From contig OZ251228.1 in NCBI GenBank assembly GCA_965240325.2, forward strand, positions 620,001 to 684,000: DNA of 64,000 bases, written 5' to 3'. This DNA comes from Rebecca billardiae RCC1528 (lineage: Eukaryota > Protista > Haptophyta). Shown in pieces: positions 55,735-64,000 of this stretch; the first letter of the stretch is position 1; each line of letters opens with the position of its first letter. Below the pieces are notes generated by a model. That model saw only the letters and a program-made list of their open reading frames with translations. It had not been told where the DNA came from and made no database searches. The position numbers and the translations under genes were made by a program.

Positions 55735-58700
55735 CGACGAGCCATGAGGGCTGCAGTGACGAGCAGGCGTGACCGATTCAGCCACAGTCGACTGATGTCA
55801 CGTCTGTAGCCGAGGCCTGACGTCCCTGGCCGAGCGCCCAGCTGTATCAGACTGACCGCCACTATCACTAACTACGATGATCCTGCTGTTCCTCCCTCTC
55901 TTCTTCCCCCTCTCTTCTCCCTCCTTCCCTCCTCCTCTCTCCTTTTTTCTCCCCTCTCCTTTTTCTGGCGCGAGTTTACAATAACTCCACCAGCATGGAC
56001 AATTTGCCGCGCCGGGCTACTAGGGCATGCTGGTGGACTCTTTTGGCTGTCCGGAAGGGCTTGGGCAGGACTTTTACTTATTGGGCTATCTTTTGGCTCA
56101 CATAGGACTTCAGACTGCCATCTTTTGGCTCAGCCAATGGTTGCACGAGTTGGCGGAGGCCTTGCGGCGACAACGCCCTTGGCCCTCGTTGACTCCCCTC
56201 CTCCGGCCCTCGCACTTGGTCGCTGACGATGGCGCCCGGCGAGGGGTTCAAACACCCTGAGACCGCGCGTGGGGAGCGACCTCAAGGCGCGTTTGGCAAC
56301 GCACGATCGACGCTAAACGCCGTGGCATCGCGTGCATGACTCCCACTGGCACATATACGCGTGTCGGCAGGGGACGCGCCTGACCACCCACGTGGCGTCT
56401 GATTGCTAAGTCGAAGCAGTCCATGCGCAACAAGCTCTTGTCAGCGCCGGCGTTGGCGCTGCTCACGTTGCTGACTTCGGTGCTAGCGCCGCCGACCTTC
56501 GGTGGACGCGGCCGTATCTCGCGATGCCATGCCGGCCGCGGCCGATGCGTGGCGCCGTGGCGTTGCCCTTCGCCGACGACGTGACGCACACGCGCGCGCC
56601 CGTGACACCGACGCCGCCTGTGCGCGCGGCCCTCGGCGGCCGCCGCTGCCGTTAGCGGGCGGCGACGCGGGTGATGGGTAGACGCGCACTACAGTCTCAA
56701 CTGCGAGCGCACGGCCTCTGTGGCGCCGGCAGTGCCGAATGCGCCGCCCGCCGCCGCGCCGCACAGCGCGCCGCCCGCCGTTGCGTGCCTAGCAGCGGCG
56801 GCCGCGCTCGCGCGCGCCGACAGCCACGGCGCTGCGCAGCTTGTCGCGGCGGCGCTGGGCGCATGGCTGAGAGGCGCGATCAGCAGCAGATATGCGAGAG
56901 GAAGCACACCGTGGAGCGAGGGACCATGCGCGTGCGTCCGCGCTCGCGAAGCCGGCCCCTGCTGCACGGTAGGTGAGTGTGAGATCGTGGTCGGCCCAGA
57001 GCTTCAGCAGCGTGGGCTCCGGGCGGTACCGGGGACGAGGCGCTAAAGCTGCTCGGGGGCGGCCCTGCGAGCGCCAACGTCGCGGACGCTCTTGCCGCCG
57101 TGATGCGTGCCACTTGGCGCGTGAGGCGGCTGAGGAAGGCACATGGGTGCACCGCAGCAGCCCTCCAGTGTCTCTGAGTGCCGCAGAGGCTGGACGACAC
57201 CCTCACTGAGTCACTCGCACGCGCGCGCGCATTTGCATCGGGAGTCGCATACAGGCCGCGGCACCGGTCCACCGCACCTGCACTCGCGCGCCCCGTCGTC
57301 AGGCCAGCCCTCCTTGCTCTCGCGGCGCTGAGTCCTTTGTGACAGCGACCCACCCAGTGGCACGTGCTGTTGGCAGCCGTGCGCTGTGCCGTGTGCGTAT
57401 GCAATAGCCATCCGCTGACTGACACACGCTTTCGTGCGCATCGGCCGAGGCGACTGTTCGCCCGCATTCCGCCGCCTCCTCTCGTCTGTCGCGTGACCAC
57501 CTGCACAGCTCCACTTCAGCTCGCACGTGTGCGGAGGCTGCTGATGGGCGGAGTGCCGCCCACTTGCGCGATGGCCGCTGACTGGCCTGAGACGCGCCCC
57601 GCACTCGAGCGCTCCTCTTGCTCAGCAGCAGTGGTCGATGAGTGAATCAGCCAGCTGCCCATTGAATGCATCGGCCTGTGGTTGTGACGGCAGGGCGTGT
57701 GCGCACCGCTACCGCCTCACTGAGCCCAGGTCTGACGGCGTGCGCTTTGCCTGCGGAGGGGTCGCTGTCGTCGCCTGTCGTCCCACGACGACAGTGATTT
57801 GAAGCGCCGAGCGCGCGACGAGCCATGAGGGCTGCAGTGACGAGCAGGCGTGACCGATTCAGCCACAGTCGACTGATGTCACGTCTGTAGCCGAGGCCTG
57901 ACGTCCCTGGCCGAGCGCCCAGCTGTATCAGACTGACCGCCACTATCACCAACTACGATGATCCTGCTGTTCCTCCCTCTCTTCTTCCCCCTCTCTTCTC
58001 CCTCCTTCCCTCCTCCTCTCTCCTTTTTTCTCCCCTCTCCTTTTTCTGGCGCGAGTTTACAATAACTCCACCAGCATGGACAATTTTGCCGCGCCGGGCT
58101 ACTAGGGCATGCTGGTGGACTCTTTTGGCTGTCCGGAAGGGCTTGGGCAGGACTTTTACTTATTGGGCTATCTTTTGGCTCACATAGGACTTCAGACTGC
58201 CATCTTTTGGCTCAGCCAATGGTTGCACGAGTTGGCGGAGGCCTTGCGGCGACAACGCCCTTGGCCCTCGTTGACTCCCCTCCTCCGGCCCTCGCACTTG
58301 GTCGCTGACGATGGCGCCCGGCGAGGGGTTCAAACACCCTGAGACCGCGCGTGGGGAGCGACCTCAAGGCGCGTTTGGCAACGCACGATCGACGCTAAAC
58401 GCCGTGGCATCGCGTGCATGACTCCCACTGGCACATATACGCGTGTCGGCAGGGGACGCGCCTGACCACCCACGTGGCGTCTGATTGCTAAGTCGAAGCA
58501 GTCCATGCGCAACAAGCTCTTGTCAGCGCCGGCGTTGGCGCTGCTCACGTTGCTGACTTCGGTGCTAGCGCCGCCGACCTTCGGTGGACGCGGCCGTATC
58601 TCGCGATGCCATGCCGGCCGCGGCCGATGCGTGGCGCCGTGGCGTTGCCCTTCGCCGACGACGTGACGCACACGCGCGCGCCCGTGACACCGACGCCGCC

Positions 58701-61700
58701 TGTGCGCGCGGCCCTCGGCGGCCGCCGCTGCCGTTAGCGGGCGGCGACGCGGGTGATGGGTAGACGCGCACTACAGTCTCAACTGCGAGCGCACGGCCTC
58801 TGTGGCGCCGGCAGTGCCGAATGCGCCGCCCGCCGCCGCGCCGCACAGCGCGCCGCCCGCCGTTGCGTGCCTAGCAGCGGCGGCCGCGCTCGCGCGCGCC
58901 GACAGCCACGGCGCTGCGCAGCTTGTCGCGGCGGCGCTGGGCGCATGGCTGAGAGGCGCGATCAGCAGCAGATATGCGAGAGGAAGCACACCGTGGAGCG
59001 AGGGACCATGCGCGTGCGTCCGCGCTCGCGAAGCCGGCCCCTGCTGCACGGTAGGTGAGTGTGAGATCGTGGTCGGCCCAGAGCTTCAGCAGCGTGGGCT
59101 CCGGGCGGTACCGGGGACGAGGCGCTAAAGCTGCTCGGGGGCGGCCCTGCGAGCGCCAACGTCGCGGACGCTCTTGCCGCCGTGATGCGTGCCACTTGGC
59201 GCGTGAGGCGGCTGAGGAAGGCACATGGGTGCACCGCAGCAGCCCTCCAGTGTCTCTGAGTGCCGCAGAGGCTGGACGACACCCTCACTGAGTCACTCGC
59301 ACGCGCGCGCGCATTTGCATCGGGAGTCGCATACAGGCCGCGGCACCGGTCCACCGCACCTGCACTCGCGCGCCCCGTCGTCAGGCCAGCCCTCCTTGCT
59401 CTCGCGGCGCTGAGTCCTTTGTGACAGCGACCCACCCAGTGGCACGTGCTGTTGGCAGCCGTGCGCTGTGCCGTGTGCGTATGCAATAGCCATCCGCTGA
59501 CTGACACACGCTTTCGTGCGCATCGGCCGAGGCGACTGTTCGCCCGCATTCCGCCGCCTCCTCTCGTCTGTCGCGTGACCACCTGCACAGCTCCACTTCA
59601 GCTCGCACGTGTGCGGAGGCTGCTGATGGGCGGAGTGCCGCCCACTTGCGCGATGGCCGCTGACTGGCCTGAGACGCGCCCCGCACTCGAGCGCTCCTCT
59701 TGCTCAGCAGCAGTGGTCGATGAGTGAATCAGCCAGCTGCCCATTGAATGCATCGGCCTGTGGTTGTGACGGCAGGGCGTGTGCGCACCGCTACCGCCTC
59801 ACTGAGCCCAGGTCTGACGGCGTGCGCTTTGCCTGCGGAGGGGTCGCTGTCGTCGCCTGTCGTCCCACGACGACAGTGATTTGAAGCGCCGAGCGCGCGA
59901 CGAGCCATGAGGGCTGCAGTGACGAGCAGGCGTGACCGATTCAGCCACAGTCGACTGATGTCACGTCTGTAGCCGAGGCCTGACGTCCCTGGCCGAGCGC
60001 CCAGCTGTATCAGACTGACCGCCACTATCACCAACTACGATGATCCTGCTGTTCCTCCCTCTCTTCTTCCCCCTCTCTTCTCCCTCCTTCCCTCCTCCTC
60101 TCTCCTTTTTTCTCCCCTCTCCTTTTTCTGGCGCGAGTTTACAATAACTCCACCAGCATGGACAATTTGCCCGCGCCGGGCTACTAGGGCATGCTGGTGG
60201 ACTCTTTTGGCTGTCCGGAAGGGCTTGGGCAGGACTTTTACTTATTGGGCTATCTTTTGGCTCACATAGGACTTCAGACTGCCATCTTTTGGCTCAGCCA
60301 ATGGTTGCACGAGTTGGCGGAGGCCTTGCGGCGACAACGCCCTTGGCCCTCGTTGACTCCCCTCCTCCGGCCCTCGCACTTGGTCGCTGACGATGGCGCC
60401 CGGCGAGGGGTTCAAACACCCTGAGACCGCGCGTGGGGAGCGACCTCAAGGCGCGTTTGGCAACGCACGATCGACGCTAAACGCCGTGGCATCGCGTGCA
60501 TGACTCCCACTGGCACATATACGCGTGTCGGCAGGGGACGCGCCTGACCACCCACGTGGCGTCTGATTGCTAAGTCGAAGCAGTCCATGCGCAACAAGCT
60601 CTTGTCAGCGCCGGCGTTGGCGCTGCTCACGTTGCTGACTTCGGTGCTAGCGCCGCCGACCTTCGGTGGACGCGGCCGTATCTCGCGATGCCATGCCGGC
60701 CGCGGCCGATGCGTGGCGCCGTGGCGTTGCCCTTCGCCGACGACGTGACGCACACGCGCGCGCCCGTGACACCGACGCCGCCTGTGCGCGCGGCCCTCGG
60801 CGGCCGCCGCTGCCGTTAGCGGGCGGCGACGCGGGTGATGGGTAGACGCGCACTACAGTCTCAACTGCGAGCGCACGGCCTCTGTGGCGCCGGCAGTGCC
60901 GAATGCGCCGCCCGCCGCCGCGCCGCACAGCGCGCCGCCCGCCGTTGCGTGCCTAGCAGCGGCGGCCGCGCTCGCGCGCGCCGACAGCCACGGCGCTGCG
61001 CAGCTTGTCGCGGCGGCGCTGGGCGCATGGCTGAGAGGCGCGATCAGCAGCAGATATGCGAGAGGAAGCACACCGTGGAGCGAGGGACCATGCGCGTGCG
61101 TCCGCGCTCGCGAAGCCGGCCCCTGCTGCACGGTAGGTGAGTGTGAGATCGTGGTCGGCCCAGAGCTTCAGCAGCGTGGGCTCCGGGCGGTACCGGGGAC
61201 GAGGCGCTAAAGCTGCTCGGGGGCGGCCCTGCGAGCGCCAACGTCGCGGACGCTCTTGCCGCCGTGATGCGTGCCACTTGGCGCGTGAGGCGGCTGAGGA
61301 AGGCACATGGGTGCACCGCAGCAGCCCTCCAGTGTCTCTGAGTGCCGCAGAGGCTGGACGACACCCTCACTGAGTCACTCGCACGCGCGCGCGCATTTGC
61401 ATCGGGAGTCGCATACAGGCCGCGGCACCGGTCCACCGCACCTGCACTCGCGCGCCCCGTCGTCAGGCCAGCCCTCCTTGCTCTCGCGGCGCTGAGTCCT
61501 TTGTGACAGCGACCCACCCAGTGGCACGTGCTGTTGGCAGCCGTGCGCTGTGCCGTGTGCGTATGCAATAGCCATCCGCTGACTGACACACGCTTTCGTG
61601 CGCATCGGCCGAGGCGACTGTTCGCCCGCATTCCGCCGCCTCCTCTCGTCTGTCGCGTGACCACCTGCACAGCTCCACTTCAGCTCGCACGTGTGCGGAG

Positions 61701-62253
61701 GCTGCTGATGGGCGGAGTGCCGCCCACTTGCGCGATGGCCGCTGACTGGCCTGAGACGCGCCCCGCACTCGAGCGCTCCTCTTGCTCAGCAGCAGTGGTC
61801 GATGAGTGAATCAGCCAGCTGCCCATTGAATGCATCGGCCTGTGGTTGTGACGGCAGGGCGTGTGCGCACCGCTACCGCCTCACTGAGCCCAGGTCTGAC
61901 GGCGTGCGCTTTGCCTGCGGAGGGGTCGCTGTCGTCGCCTGTCGTCCCACGACGACAGTGATTTGAAGCGCCGAGCGCGCGACGAGCCATGAGGGCTGCA
62001 GTGACGAGCAGGCGTGACCGATTCAGCCACAGTCGACTGATGTCACGTCTGTAGCCGAGGCCTGACGTCCCTGGCCGAGCGCCCAGCTGTATCAGACTGA
62101 CCGCCACTATCACCAACTACGATGATCCTGCTGTTCCTCCCTCTCTTCTTCCCCCTCTCTTCTCCCTCCTTCCCTCCTCCTCTCTCCTTTTTTCTCCCCT
62201 CTCCTTTTTCTGGCGCGAGTTTACAATAACTCCACCAGCATGGACAATTTGCC
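55735..62253. repeat. Tandem array: three ~2082-bp units plus a 274-bp partial unit; probable non-autonomous mobile element concatemer
   Basis: CGACGAGCCATGAGGG at 55735, 57816, 59898 and 61980; identical ORF sets offset by 2082; array ends at GACAATTTGCC 62253. Confidence 0.96.
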
Positions 62254-63812
62254 AGGCGCCGCGGCAATGCCGACTGGCAAGCGCGGCAAGGCCGGAAACC
62301 GGCCCAGCATGGCACCACATCTGCGCAAGCGGGCGGCGCGTGCGGAGGCACGTGCAGGCGCGCTCGGGCATGCGTGCCTCGCGAGTCCGCGTCTACTGTC
62401 ACCATGGCAGTGTGCGGCGGGGAGGGAGAGGGTGCGCGTGAGGGTGGAGGCCATGCGAGTCCCCGTCTACTGTCATCATGATATGATGCGCACTCGGCGC
62501 GAGCGCCGCTCCGCACGGGCGCGTGTGGCGCGATGGGATACCCGGGCACCGTATAGCCTGAGCCGTCCGAGCCTGGACGGGCACACCACGCGGGCGCACG
62601 CTCCACTCTGCGCGCGCATCAAGCTGCTCTGGCAGCGAGAGCGCGTGCGTGTGAATGGCAGCGGGTGGCGCGGATGTGTCTGCAGGGCTGCCTATGGGCG
62701 TGTACTCTGAAGGTGGTGCCTTACATCACCTGCAGCAGCGTCTGCAGCACCCGCAAGCAGCCTGGCCGCTGCGCCGGCCGAGTGATCCTGGCCAGCTGTC
62801 AGCTGCACTCACCCTGCGGGCACAGGTGACTCTGTGCCATGCCACGCCTCCGATTGCGCTGGGCTGCTGGCACCCGTGCATCGTGAATCGCGCGCTTGGT
62901 GGCCCCGCGAGAATGCACACTATGTCCGCGCTGCGCATGCTCACTCACCGATGAAACTCGCGTCCCAACCCTGGCTGCACGAACCGATCCGCCCGCGTGA
63001 CCATTGGCCGACCGCAGGCTGGCAGCCGATTACCGGCCCGGGATGCCGAACATAGCATTGTCACTCATTCGATCATCTTGACTACGTGCACACCCGCCTC
63101 AGGCAACAATTGGGCAGGTATGGGTCGCCTACCCGTCGACTCGACAATGACTCACTGCGTCTCAGGAAGGAGAGATGACAAGCATCAGCAGGCACGGCGC
63201 GGCCCATCCGTGATTGTCATTGACTCGGCGGCTGACCCCGTGTCGCCGTCGGACCGGCGTGTCGGACACTGATTGAATTTATTTGATTCACTCATCGTCA
63301 CTGATATTGATCCGCGCGGTATCTAGACTCACTGCGCGGCGGTCCTAGCAGCCTCTGCCCTGGGCTCGAAGCCGACGCTGTACTAAGCAGCGGCTGATGA
63401 ATTCGTCATCAATAATAAATAACCCAATATTTATTTATTTATTTATTATTATCCGAGTCACTCGAAGCCGCGAGTTCATATTCATATCGTGCACTAGCTG
63501 GGCACCGGCTGGCGAGCTTTTTGCGCAGTGCACGATATATGATAGGGCGCCTTTGAGGCCGATCGGCATTAAACTGTGAGTACAGAGTAACGGCCTCCGT
63601 AGCTATAAATATGAGAGACCCGCGCACTCCGGGACTCAGGCACTCCGGTCCGAGTCCAGATCCGAGTCAATCGGCAGATGACTGATGAGTCTTGTCAGAC
63701 TGCTGGGCACCAGTCCTCGGTGACACCGTTCCACAGGAGTCGCGGGCAAGTTTCCGCATCTACCCGTACGTACCGGCGGAGGCACGATCCGGCACTATCT
63801 CGGCCAGTCCGG

Positions 63813-63837
63813 AGCCCCAAACCCTAGGTTTGGGGCT
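63813..63837. other. Perfect 11-bp hairpin AGCCCCAAACC-CTA-GGTTTGGGGCT
   Basis: Direct reading. Confidence 0.85.
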
Positions 63838-64000
63838 GCCTGACCGGCATTCATCCGTCATGTGAGCCCGTCCGCCTGCCCCTTTGGGGCGGTCCTTAGC
63901 CCTGCCTGGTCGCTTCCGGATCCGGTGGACCTATCGCCCACACGCGCGGTAGGGAGCACCCATCCACGCTTCTTCTTCAGTCGATCTAACAAGTCTCAGT

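Noticed and set aside
55735-62253. Array as LTR/TRIM, 5S rDNA, snRNA or coding repeat (e.g. 77-aa MLVDSFG ORF)
   Set aside because: No TG..CA ends or PBS seen, no recognisable RNA gene, short ORFs without motifs.
62381-62480. CRISPR-like repeat-spacer-repeat
   Set aside because: Only two imperfect repeats, eukaryotic context, no cas genes.
63682-63705. CTGATGA-GTC...GAC as a hammerhead ribozyme core (also CTGATGA at 22, 55273 and 63395)
   Set aside because: The required GAAA after stem II is missing.
63819-63830. AAACCCTA as a telomeric repeat
   Set aside because: Single unit inside a hairpin, not an array.

Overview
Nuclear DNA of a very GC-rich eukaryote with spliceosomal introns. Signal+transit peptides on plastid proteins indicate a complex-plastid alga; the style suggests a haptophyte such as Pavlovales (inference, not provable here). 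The conserved core has three head-to-head gene pairs: mL46/DNA Pol epsilon (21 exons), an acidic-repeat plastid protein/LL-DAP aminotransferase, and TOR (7 exons)/transportin-3. It also has an intron-containing tRNA-Arg(CCT) and a DUF2985-like membrane protein. Accessory content: an intronless Sel1-repeat/MYND gene, an intronless acylated MLKL-like 4-helix-bundle + NACHT + ~35-ankyrin NLR-like gene, a long inverted repeat, a (TA)n-embedded repeat family, three TIR elements, and a 3.1-copy 2.08-kb tandem array whose junctions carry inverted repeats. Best leads: the NLR-like receptor with binding-face-restricted ankyrin variation, the thylakoid-targeted 27-aa repeat protein, the concatemer-like array, and a TOR FRB domain with the equivalent of the rapamycin-resistance change F2108L. 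Splice sites were called by eye and checked for frame consistency; no database searches were run.
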